NCBI GenBank assembly: GCA_051294905.1
Contig: CM119382.1
Coordinates: 7,626,001-7,690,000, forward strand
Reading direction: 5' to 3'
Origin: Botryllus schlosseri
Lineage: Eukaryota
Length of the DNA stretch: 64,000 nucleotides
The notes below the pieces were generated by a model, which saw only the letters and a program-made list of their open reading frames with translations, had not been told where the DNA came from and searched no databases. Numbering within the stretch: position 1 is the first letter of the stretch; the number at the start of each line of letters is the position of its first letter. Shown in pieces: positions 1 to 13,300 of this stretch. The position numbers were made by a program, and so were the translations under genes.

Positions 1-23
1 TCGAAAAAGGTTGGGAACCACTG
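1..23. mobile_element. Terminal inverted repeat of a hAT-type element running off the window start
   Basis: aaggttgggaaccactg, same TIR family as the elements at 1709 and 44286. Confidence 0.55.
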
Positions 24-1226
24 ATATAGACGGTTTCCAGGGTTCCAGCCACTCCATATCGTATACGTCGACTATAGTGGCTCCAACTCGTCTGTAGGCT
101 TATGCTACAGGTTTCGCAAAAGTATTTACACAATTATGGCATGATTATACAACGTTTGAAAAAATATTCAAACGCCGTTTGTTATGCAATCCTAATTTGC
201 AACTGGTAATATTTTCTTTGTGATCACTGAAAGATACGTATTTGATCTTTCCAAATTCCCCATAGTGTGAGGACGTTATATAATGAATGATACTGCCATA
301 CTGGAATATTCGACCAGACGAGAAGACCCATTGATAGATATTGATACGAATAAACGATATCGGTAGATGGCGGTAATAATTCGTTGATGACCACAGTCTG
401 ACAACCTGGAAGCTCCAGGGGTCGTTCAAAATACTGGTAAATTAAATCAATTACAATACTTAAATATTTAAAGACCAGTTGAGAATGGAAGACAAAAGAA
501 CCATATTGGTATCTCAAAGTAGTGGTGAGGTGAGCCATTCGAAAGTAGCAAATCTACAAGCCTAGACACATTGCAAGCCCAAATCGCGAATTCTTGTCGC
601 CCAGATATTTTTAGCGCTTCAATTCCCGAAAGCCGGCAATCAATAAGCAATTGGCGCGAACAAAGATGGATATCACATCCCAAATTGGGTGATACAGCGA
701 TAGGCTTAAACCCAAGAATATCCAAACGACCGGTTTCGAATATCTCAAATACCACGAGAGACAACTAATCAATGATTCATAACAAACTAATTTCGCGACT
801 GCGAAGGCCGCACTACATTGGATGTGTGTCATATGCACGATTTTATCGCACACGAGAATCATGATGTATTATTAAATGTTGTTTACAGACGAAATGAATG
901 TTAAATGACATATATACAGCGTTTAATTTCAAGCGGTATTGCGTAGAAGTCAAATCGCCTTGGTGGTCCCGCGGTATGAAGTGGCATTTCACACAGCAAT
1001 GAAAAGAGGCTTTTAATTACAATCTGGCAGAGAGCTTGCAACCGTAAAATGCGAGGAAATTAACGAAATCAGATAGCGTTTCAGAATACGGCGATGAGGC
1101 CTAGGGGCTAAACAGACTATCGACTAGCAATCCTGATTAATTGCCGGAACCATTGTGGTTATACGGAAACGCTACCGGAATATTTCGGCGACCGAAAACC
1201 AGGTTTTGACACAATCGGTTAAGCGA

Positions 1227-1338
1227 TTATGCGCTCGATGTGACCTTTCGAGCGTATGCGGAATTGAAACGATATGCGTCACTTCGAATATACAAAATGT
1301 CTTGTAATAAGCGCCCGAAATTCCGCACAGCACAGGAA
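1227..1338 (-). CDS. Tentative terminal exon of the EP-like receptor
   Basis: Good pyrimidine tract ttttcttcacatatccag, phase-compatible, gives SCAVRNFGRLLQDILYIRSDAYRFNSAYARKVTSSA-stop. No homology support. Confidence 0.4.
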
Positions 1339-4300
1339 CTGGATATGTGAAGAAAACTGCATGACGTGCACATTTGTGTTTATGCGACATATACAAAAGT
1401 GTTCGAAGAAGTCAACATTGCTACTCAAGTAGAAGTAAAAGTAGCTCAGTCAAGTTATACTCATTAAAGAAGCGATTTACAAAGCATGTCAAGCTAATTT
1501 GAGATTACCCCGATAATGAAGGAATTAAAAGTACTCAAGTTAGTAATTTCATAAAGTAGATTTGGCCAAGGGGTCGCATACCTTCAGCAGTTAATAAGCG
1601 GTGGCTACTTTGAAAATGAGAAATATCGTGTGGTAGGGTCGAATTTTATATCTAATTAGAGTTTAGCAACTGAGGAGAATATATCATAGCACCAATGACA
1701 CTTTAGATCCGTGGTTCTCAACCTTTTTTTAGACACGCCCCCCTTTATGATAGTGAAGAATTTCGCGCCCCCCTTATCGTCATATCACAAAATCCAACCG
1801 AGATGCTAGCAACCCCAACAGATTGTTTGATGGCATAGAAGGTTATGACTGTTGATGAGAGAATTCTAATATATGAAATTCGGTCTATATATAGAGAGAA
1901 ACACGCGTGAATTGAAGGTAAATCGCGCATAGCGCGCAAAAAATTTCAGTTGACCACTTCTTCGCGCCCCTCAGGTTGAGAACCACTGCTTTAGATGGAA
2001 GTGTATAAACTGTGTCGAATTGTACCTTCTGAAATCTCTGTTGCTCAGGCAAAGCTCCTGAAATTCTTCTTTCCGGAACCGGCACAGAAACACCAGTTTC
2101 AGGAAGCGGAAGGCTTTTGAAAACACCGACCGCCGACACAAAATATACACCTGCAATTCATGAAATATACAGTATATCGCAGTCAAGTGAGGCAGTGTCG
2201 CACTTGTCGTCAGGATGAGTAAAATGAAATTGGGAAAACCTTCAGTAATTGTAAACCAATAAGTATCGGTATTTTCTATAAATGTATTTCAATGAAATTT
2301 TCAGACAAAATCTTGGAATTTGCATATTTATTGTTCAGAAAATAGCGCGTAAGGAGGGGTTGGCCATGGATGAGGCACAGACGGGCTAAGCCTCACTTGT
2401 TAAACAGCTCAGAATTTATAACAACTGGTAATAATCGAATGCTATTGTCGCACTCATGACGAAAATATAAATAATAATAATGTCAGAGAACTAGAACCAT
2501 CTCAATATTGTCAAGGAATATGACATTAAATCGTGTAGTTTCGACGGCCAACATATGGTGTAGCGGAAAACATTCCCTTACTGATATATATGTTTTGCAT
2601 TTTCCATCCGTACCTATACTATCAATCGTGGACATGCGAATGTGATAAGGAATAGTTCGCTAGCGGAGTCAGCTATCATTTTGGGTTTATATATTTGTAT
2701 ACCGGACTTTAAAGGGTCAGTGTCTCGCCAAAAATGAACCTCACCGCAAATCACTAATAAGAATATCTGCTTGGAATGAGGAAATTAATACAGGTAAACA
2801 TCCAGATGAAATGATATTCATACTATAGTGATAACACAAACTCTTATACACGTAAAGAGCACGTTCGATTTCCCAGTAAATCGCTCTCACCCATGGATCT
2901 ATGATTGGATTGATGCTGGCCATCCTCACAGCGAACAGATCCCACTGAGACGGGTTAGCATGAACAGACTCTGGGTGCGCGATTGCCGTTGCTTGGTTAA
3001 TTACGATCCGCAACTGTAATGCAGGCATCTCCAAGTTATGTGAATTTCATGGTACAATAAAAACGCTATCAGTATAATGAAGACGTGGGCAAATATTTTG
3101 ATCAGTGTGTCCTACAATTGCAACAAGTTTTCGACGCGGGTCACTCAGCCTACTAAAGACCGCCGGGTTTTTATAAATCACAGCGATTCCTAATCTTTAG
3201 TAACTAGGCTATAATCTACCATAACGTTCTACATCTGACCACACATCTAATACATCACCATAGTTTACTGGTGTACTGAATGAACTATGCATCAACAGTG
3301 TGTTAAAAGAGCAAGAGCATCAAAATATGATTTCCACACGCAACGAAAACGTTATAATGAATATTATTGCATATTAGTGTGACTTCCACGGTTGCCTTTC
3401 AGAGACCATCGTTCAGAAATGCGAGGATTCGCCAGGCGCGAAATGTGTTTACAAATTGAAAAATATAGTTGAAATTACAATGAAGTAAGCATATTTTCTT
3501 TTTAACTTCAAACAGCCGTTGGCGGTTGGGCATTATCAGTCCTTATTTCAAAATGTTGAAATTGCTAGCAAATTTACATTGACTGTTATGAAGTTGTATA
3601 AAGTCGGTCGAAAACTTCTTGTATTTCATCTCGTTGCTACACGCATTATGGCGTTTCGAGACATCAGTCTGTAGTAGCCATTGCTTTTTCGCAATTGGTC
3701 ATTGCATTAGCTTCGATTTCTACCAGCACCGATGTGTCTGTCAATCAGAAAGATGAACGATTGGCATGGCCCCTATGGATTATGCGAACCTAAGCATCGC
3801 AGGTGTACACTGTTACCAAAATACCTTCATCATCTCAACTACAGTTTTAAATAGTCTGTTAGACATTCTTTCGTGTATATGTGAAGTTAAAAGCAGTCGC
3901 CATGTACACGCAGACATTGTTTTGCGTTTCGACCGCCGTTTGATTATGTTTACATGGGCGCCGAGCTCCGTTACAGTCCCGTAAGTTGAAAACGTCGCAT
4001 TAGATTTACTTCAGCTGCTAGATTTGCGAGTTCGTCTATTAACGCGGATATCAAAGCATGTTTAGAGCTGTTGCTCATGTAAACCGCGCTGGCGCAAATT
4101 GAATTAAGGCACGAAATTGACTGGATCTCTTGGGAATACGCGATTCGTTTGTCACACTACGCGGATACCCGTATACCGGCAATTACTGACCATAATACAG
4201 GGTTTTACCAATTTCGTAACACATTAAAGGCGGGTAGGGGTGAGATACAACGTGTATCGTATTGATCAGGTCGACTTTTCGTCCGGTTTTTGTGACACGA

Positions 4301-7300
4301 ACATAGCGCAAACGTTTATTTGAGTCACAATAGATAACACCAACATTGGCAAATAAGTGAGATAATTGATAATTCGAATTGTACGTCCTTCAATTTCCAT
4401 ACTGAAAAGTCCTCTCCTGGTGATATGGATCAATAATCATAAAAGAGTCGGATTGAAGTTGGCAGGAAAAGGATGCAAACTTTGTCAAGCAGTTTATCGC
4501 GAGCTTACCGAAAAAGATAGCCAGAAACAAAATTGAAACATCCGACAGCAAAATATTCAACACCCTTGCATGACCCTTAGGAATTACACAGTCTGCGAAT
4601 GACGCGCTGACGCAATTGTATAGTCCAAATATTACAAGCTATTTAAGTTGATTTAGTATTTAAACGCGTTTAAATAGTTAGTAAACGCGAGCAATTGCGG
4701 ATCTCCCACGGGATGATGTAAGGCGCCGGTGGCATACGCCAGTCACGAAGTTAGATCATCATACAATCATACATACAATGGTGTATCGTGTTGACAGAAT
4801 TGTTTTTCAGTGCTTGACATTCGTAAGAGATCATAACACTCAGAAGAATTATCGCGGATTTACAGTGCTTCCGACGACGTAAATTCGTAATATATGGAAT
4901 CAACAATGAATTATACAGATGGGCTACTTGTTTTCGCACTTAGGTCCCTTGCAATAGAACTCGCGAAGTGTGGAAGAAATGGGCGGCTGGATGTAATGAC
5001 GTCAATACATATGTGAGGGTGGCGTGAGGATCGAAGTGGTCGTGGAAATAATCCTATAGAGCCCGGTAGACGCTTTGTATGCCCCAAGGGATGTTATGAC
5101 CCGATGTTCTTACTAAGGCGCTGGTATTGGGCATTGGAGTAGAGTAGGACCGGGGCCTACGATGAATATCGTAGGCCCCGGTAGGAGGCCTTCCCCCTAA
5201 ATTCTATCAATGTTCATGTCGGTGTGTGCCCTCAAATGCCCAAAATAGTTTCATCCTGTCTAGTGTCTACGCCTATAGCACTTAACGTGTGTTTTAAGAA
5301 GAGGAGTCATGGGCACCAGTGTTACCGTACTTAGCTTAATGGTATAAATCGAAATGTTGGATATTTTCGCTGTATAAGGTGGTTCACGCTTTCAACCACA
5401 AATGGTGGAATGATAATGCTCCCTCGAATATGGTGGAAATACTATCGGGACGGCATATGTTCCGAATGGAACGCATGATGTGATTCCCAGCCAGCATAAC
5501 AGAAAACGGGGCTGATTATAAACCGGGGACAATGTATATTTTATGCCAATCGGTCGTTGTGTTAAAAATCTATTTGATCTTGTATATTTCTTGGGCACAC
5601 CATGAATTCTAATCGTATCCGTCGGTTGGTGTTACCGGATTTGGTCAGAAAACATACTTTTGCAAGTATATTGGTACATAATAATCGGGAAACGATCACA
5701 AAGATCAATCGATGACTTTCAAACCCCACGCATTGTCATTGCCTGATAACTAGGGCAATTTTTTTTTACCTAAAAAACGGAAGATTTTGACCTAAAAAAA
5801 CTGAAATTTGACCAAATTTTGACCTCACGTATGCAAATTAGGTGTTTTCGCATATAATGCTAAAATTGTACTACTTATCTTCATTTCTGGTTGGAACTGT
5901 CTGTCCTTACAAAGTAGATTGGCCTGAAAAACGTTTTTGGCTCAAAAACTGACAGATTTTTCCATGAAAAACTAGTATTTTAACGAAATCTGGCCCTATG
6001 GAGAATTCCAGTAGTTACATTACGTATTCTGGAGGAAATAATTAAAATTTGTTGTAGTACAACGAAAGATCCTTTCCTACATTCTCGGGTAGAAAGTGTC
6101 TGTCCTTACTACGTAGCTTGCCAAGAACGGAGAAAGAACGTTCAACAGCAGCATTTGTTGACTGACACACTCAAGTTGTGTGCACACTGCTGGTGACAAA
6201 CCGTGTTGCTTCATTCTGACAATGTTGTCTATATCACAATTTTTCAGCTTGCGCTTCTAGATATAAGAACCATGCAATGTCCAAGCAGTCTTGCTTCAGC
6301 TAGGATATTGCGGTACGTTGACCATAAAACCATGTCACTATTTGAATAATTTGACCATTTATGATTCACAATGAGCAGACGATGGTCCGTTTACAACGGT
6401 AGGCCTATAAAGTAGGCTACAAGCTGTAAAATATCAAATGATAAGTTCACCGACAGCGCAAAATCTACGATACAAACGAAATGCAGAGGTCAAAAAATGT
6501 TTGACTTTGTAAACAATTTTGACAAATTTTGACCTAACGCTACAATTTTGACCTAATTTCGACTTTTTTTGACATGTCAAAAAAAAAATTGCCCTACTGA
6601 TAACCAATGTAATCGCGAACCTGAAACATAACACAACTTTAATTCTACCCCTAGTCTAACCCTAACGTCAACCCATGCGCTGAGGTCCCACGTGCCCAAA
6701 TGCCGTATGCTAAAGTCAGTCATATGTCCATACGCCAAAAAATGACCTCGCTGAGAACCGCTTGATACACTGTCATACGAAGGTTACCAGCCGGTCGCTT
6801 CGAACTCATTACCGCTGAGCTGCAATACCGTAATTCAACATAGCGCTTGAAGTGGTTTAAAGGGGGATTAAGGCTAAATTACTTGCGTACATATCGACCG
6901 GCTGCGAGTCGAACGCATACCAGCAGCATTGCTGGCATTCAAGACTTCACTTACCAATAGCGGAAGATAGCACACGACAAACACGGACGTCATCAGACCC
7001 AGTAGCACCATCATTTGAATCTCCTGCTGAGATATCTTTTTCTTCTTGCCTTTCGAAAGCAGGCCGTGGCTGGAATTTTTGCTTCTCATCCGCCTGTAAA
7101 CGGGAGAGCCCATTCTCATCGAAAGGCGCGGAATGGTTTGCGTACCGCACAGGCGGTTTCTCATGATTAGAGACACAAACATCCGCTTTCTTCAACACAT
7201 AATCCCGGGCCGGACGGATGACGTATAAGAGCGCGGCATATCTAATTAGAAATTTTATCGCGGATGATTAGCAAGACACGATGTAGATGGTAATAGAATT

Positions 7301-10300
7301 TACCGTGTCCCGATTGTGTTTATTTTTTTCACTGACGCAGGTCTTTCTCGTAACTAACCGCGTGTAGGTGACAATAAATTGAGTTAATAATAATTTTGGC
7401 GGGAAATGTGTATATACGCGGCGTGTCCAAGGTAGAAATTTGAATGATCTCGACGTGTTTCACAAGGAAATTCTGCTTATTCAATTACCAATTTCCGTAA
7501 AATGTTTTCTTTGTAGTTTTCAAGGACGTAATCTCCAACTCGTGTCGGGAAGAGAAATATCCCGAGATAAGTGGGTAAATATCTTCCAACACACCCGAAA
7601 TAACGTAATATACATTATTTTGTAAAGGGGTTCGCTTAAAATATTGTCATCAACCGCTCGAGATCTCCAACTAGACGTTATTATATCACATGTGAATGTT
7701 CCATTAAGAGGCGTTAATATTGCACAAAATTCATATCATAGCCATCCAATCCCAGATACAAAAAATCTAATACACAACGCATGGTCGCTATTGCAAAGAT
7801 TAATGCAGTTCTTGATGATTACACACGGTTACACATGCGGTATCAGCCGCCCCCAAAGCGCTCTGAAAACTATACTACTCCGATCACGTCATATAATCAA
7901 GTCTTCGTTAAAAAGCTGTGTCGTATATACCAACACAACATATTGCGAATGTGTATAGGGGATTACATACGTGCTGCATGTTCTCACGCTAGGATATATA
8001 TACCAATAAATATATAACTAGACTACAAACGAACCGTCTTGTTGTGCTGACTCGAATCACCACAATGATGTTGCATGCGATCGTGCCCAGCATGAGTGTG
8101 ATACCCAAAAATGCCACCAAAAAGTTGAAAATCTAAACGCAAAACAAGACTTTTGCATTTACTTGCGTCACAGAAGTAAAATGCAGCTTGAATAAATGAT
8201 TTTTGAGGGCGTATCATATTCCAAGCCGAAACGGAGTTGAGGTTATTTACTGACTACACTGTATAGGTTTAATTTGTTGACGCTTTTAAAAAAAATTCTC
8301 CTCTTACGATGACTAAAATATGTTTTTCTCTTGGATGAATTCCAAATGAGGTCATACACACAATTTCCAAGTCAAGTGCTATCAATCTAATTTGCGTATT
8401 TACACTATATATATCTCTATAAGGTGGCGGAGAGGCGTGCTCAAAAATTCATGACGACTTATAATTCCTGTTTGCATCAGAATGGAGAATAATGCCATCG
8501 GCGAAGTGTCACCGGAGCGATTTTTACGACGCCTTGACGATACAGCTGGATTTGAATGTTGAAACTCTGTCAACAAAAGGAGTTCGTGTACCACCTAAAA
8601 ATAATACATTGAACGCTATCTCATTCACGAAATTTCATGCTGGTGACGTCATATTTTGTGATACGATTGTTGATATACAATGTTCTTTCCAATTCTCTAC
8701 TAGTTGCTGACGATTACCCCTGACGAGTGTCAGCCGAAAATATTCGGGTTCATTTCAATATGAATATACTATTCAATTGAATGTTGATTTAGTAAATCCA
8801 ATATGTTATTTAATATATTATCGAATATATGATCGTATCATTCCCACGGCCTGTAAACATGACAAGAACGATATTAGTAAATACGAATTGTGTTGTTCAT
8901 ATCATTCCCGGAACTATATGGACTGTACTTTTCAAAATACGAAGGACGGAGGAGAAACATAAAAGCAATCTTCAAATTAGCCACTTATAGGGATTAGCAC
9001 ACCTAACTACGTCTATATATATAAGTCTAATCAAAAGTAGTAAAACGATTCTTCCTTCTTCATCTAGTACTGTGTGTCTGTCACGATTAAATGCGACCCA
9101 ATACAAATCCCAAAAAAGTACATGGGTTTATCGTAACTATTTACTATATAGCTAACCTGATGTTTGATATTGGTCGATTTCCAGTTAAGAAAGCACCAAG
9201 ACCCCGGGAATTGCTGCGCGACGTCCCCGAACCCTAACAGCGGCAGGGCCGACAACGTTAACAGAGCGACAATGATGATCGTTAAGAACATCCGCGTCTT
9301 GTGTGTCGTCATAGAACGCTGCAAAGAAGCGAATAGGTCACGTGATTGCGAACAAAAATCATGAGTGTTACTGCGCTTCAAGATTATCATGTCACCGAGT
9401 CATATATGTTGTGTATTGTGTATTGGCTGCTGGTTTACATCGGGGAATCTTCACCAAATTAGTTACTTCAGTTTCTCTATCCATGCATCACCAATCGCCA
9501 TGTACTGATTCTTAATCCGGGTTGAGTTTACCCGTGCGGGTGGATTTCATTTTAGGAGGGTACATGAAAACAAATCAAAATAGCGAAAAACAGAAAAGCA
9601 ACATCAAAGGTTCTTAATTAGCACCAGTAACCCTATTGTTCGGGAAATATGAGAAAAATGCAAGTAATCACATATCTAAGGTGTAAATGCGCGAAGGCAG
9701 TAGGCTGTGCGCGAATGGAGAAAGAAAATACAGAGATTCCTTCGCATTTTTTGTATATAATTCGCCTGACAAATTCCACAACGTGCGTGTTCCAACGGAC
9801 GAAGTAATTCCTGATCCGGGCCAGCAGACAGAGCAGTTGAAATGAGCACACGGTACCACACCATCATATCGGCAATTATAATTGTTGCGTAAATGATATT
9901 AGTTCTTGGGAACTTCTCAAATGGGATCGGATTCAGGGTTTTTGGTAGGGTTTGAGCCCCATGCACCCGCACTCGGTCGGTTTGCGTTTTTGATGCAAAC
10001 TACGCAGAGGTGGTCAGTAACGAAGTAGCCTACTTCTGCTTTTTTCAAGGTACTCAAGTAGGTTTTGCGCCCACTTACAGTATGCACTCCAGTGGTAAAC
10101 CTTTAGTTTAGACTATACTCCCTCTTCTGCTTGAACATTTTTTTTCTGGAAAAACTGCTTACATTGTAAATTTTGATTTTGAAAAGTAAAAGAAATTAGT
10201 TTTGGAATAAGCTTCCATTACTTCTATAAGTGAATACGTCATAAAACCCATGCTGAATAGCCACCATGGTACCTTCTGAATATATTTTCGAAGACTGCAG

Positions 10301-13300
10301 CTATTTGTATAGCGTTATTAGTCATACGTCAGCCGCAAAGATGGATCTTGCAATCACTAAAGTATAGTCACCTGCGATTAACTGTTAAATGTGTGCGGTC
10401 TGTCGAAGTGATTTTGCCGCGTCTTGGAAATGGTTACTTCTACGTATACAGTAATTGAGTGGCAAAGCTATACTTTTACCAATTCTGTAATTACGAATGA
10501 CGCTTACCTGATAAAACATTGTGAACCTTATCGCTATGAATCTTTCCAGCGACATTGCAAACACAATCGCCACCGATCCGATACCGAAAAACATCATCGC
10601 AAAACCGGAGTAACGGCACAGTGACACTCCGCCCAGTTCCACCAGCTGTAAAATAATCCGGAAATGGTAGAAATGTAGTCATCGGCCTGTAACCAGGAAT
10701 GATATACACTTTAAGTGAATCACACCTCTTGCTTAGAGGTGAGTGTTTGCTGGTATCGCAGCGCGCGGATGCATGACTTGTGTAGCTCATCTAATCCTGG
10801 ACGCTTCTTATTGACCCCTTAATCGGTGCGGTGACAGTGTTGCGCAAGGGAATGCGATCGATTTCGATGAATTATTCAACATAGGGGACCCCTAATTGGT
10901 CATGATGATGTCGAAATTAAACTCATTGAAAAGGCGTTTGAAATCGGAACCACAGGTCGAAAACTCATGGGATTCAACGATAATTGTATGAAGTTATGCG
11001 TATATGGTGCAATCCACTGCTACTACATAGCATCATGACGTTTTCGGGACCGCAATACAGCTTAATGATAATTATAATTGAAACGCGACGCTACAAACAT
11101 AACCCAAATCGCTCCACAATTAATATCATTGTTGACATTCGTAAATTCCATAATGACTTGTAGACCTCTTAAAGTTGCCCCGTGCTATCCAATATCAATG
11201 GGGTTGTTAAATCCATTCACTACCTCCATTCAATACCCAGCGTTTATATCGAGTGATATGATTTCCAACACTCGACTACTTTTGTGATTCGATTCCATGC
11301 TGGATATCCGAGTACCGCTCATTGAGATGTCCTAAGAGTCTGGATGATGTGGAAAGTTCGAATATGTACCTTTTATACAACCACGAAGGAAATTACTCCA
11401 GTTGTTCACCATTAAAGATAAATTGGTAGTTGTTAGAGTTTGTTTGACCTTACCTATTTCCTTGCGCCTTATAACAAGGATGTGAAATTGTGCATGGGAT
11501 GATCAAGACTTCACAAAATGTCATGTGCACCATTATGCATATAGCTTTATGCAACAATATACTGCAATGTATGCATTGCTACATATCTGGATGCTGTGAT
11601 ACGATCGATCGGGGGCTACCAGGCTCAAGGTGGGAAGAAGTATAGACACCCAGATTTCTTGTTCATGATATAACTATCGAATCTAAACATGGAATGGCAA
11701 CGATTGCAGCTTCGTTCCGCTTCGCTGGGGCTAGATTTTGGCTTGATTTGCGTCTGCGACTGTAGGACTTCTGGCATTCCAAATTATATCATACAGATTA
11801 CAGACCGCAGAATTTACTGAATTTGGTTTTGAGCGAAAGCTATTGTCGCACTGATTCCGAAACTATAAATTAAAATAGGATCAGCGCTCCGGAACATGCT
11901 AAAAAATCAACCTCAACATCTGAAATATGCACTTTTCAGAACATTCGAATGACCGCAGAACAGTGCCCCATTGCGGCTCCCGAATTGTTCGGACAATGCC
12001 GATATTACAGACTTGGACGGCGAATTCAGGGTGGTTCCAGGGCATTATCCTATTTTACTATATATTCTCGTAATCAGTGCGACTGCAGCTTTCGCTCAAG
12101 ACCAAATTCACTAAATTCTGCGCTCCGTATGATATATTTTGGAACGCCAGAAATCATATAATCGCAGACGTGAATCCATCCAGTCTGCAGCCTCAGCGAA
12201 GCGGAACGAAGAAACAAAATCGGTCGTTGCCATTCCATGTTTACATTCGATAATATAACTCTTGGTGGGAAGGAGCTTATAATTTCAGGGCTCGAAAGCA
12301 TGGTCTCTCACTCAACTCGACTAGAATCATTCAAAATAATACTCTATGCGGAAAGGAGTACTCGAATCATTTTTTCCATTCTTAGTTAAGCTATGTAAGT
12401 CGTAACTCGCAACTGTGCTGATGTATTTACAGACCAGGGTCGTTTTCGCGCGGTCATACCAGTCAGGAAGTCAATCCTGCCTGTACTACAGGGCTCAATT
12501 ACGGATTACCAAAGGTGTCATCGTGCGTTGGCATATCTGCTATTCAGAACTTCCTTTAGTCACGATTTTCCGCATTGCATGGTGTTCCCATAAGTGTCAG
12601 GCTTAAAGTCTCGTTGAGTAAAAGTCACCATGATCTCCATAATTTCAAGTTGCTACTGGGGTAAGCCATGACTTCGCAACGTAAGAAGTCACAAGCACTA
12701 AAAACCATACACTATTATGCTACAGCGCGATTTAGATTAATTTGGGATAATCGTACCGCAAATGATTTGTTATTACAGATTATAGATCTTAAATTTTCAT
12801 ATAAGACACCAGCGAGCGTGAGCTATATCACACGACCCCACATTTAGCAACAATACTCGCTGTAGATATATAATCTGACGTTCATGAATCGCTCGTTACG
12901 CGGTTGCAAATGCTCTTGACATGAACCAAAACAAGGCAACCGTACCCATAAAGTAATGCTCGTGTTAGTCAGAAATTGGGACCTGTAATACAGTTGAAGT
13001 CAATCATGCACGTTGATACCAAAGGATAGCAATCGTGATAACTTGTATCCTATTTTGAAACGTGTTGCCTTACGATTTACAGTGAATGCACGAGTACTTA
13101 AGAAGTCATTCCCGACACCTTGTTATCTGCTGTTTGAAAAATATAGTCTAGCAACGAATAGATTTCTGCCGATATTCAGCTGCGTGCTATATCTCTCTTA
13201 GTTTCGTGAGCCGTCTTTTCACGCATTTGCCAAGTATAGTTGTCGACAGGATGTGATGTTTGAGATATATCGCGCCATATGCGCCGCACGTCACGTGACA

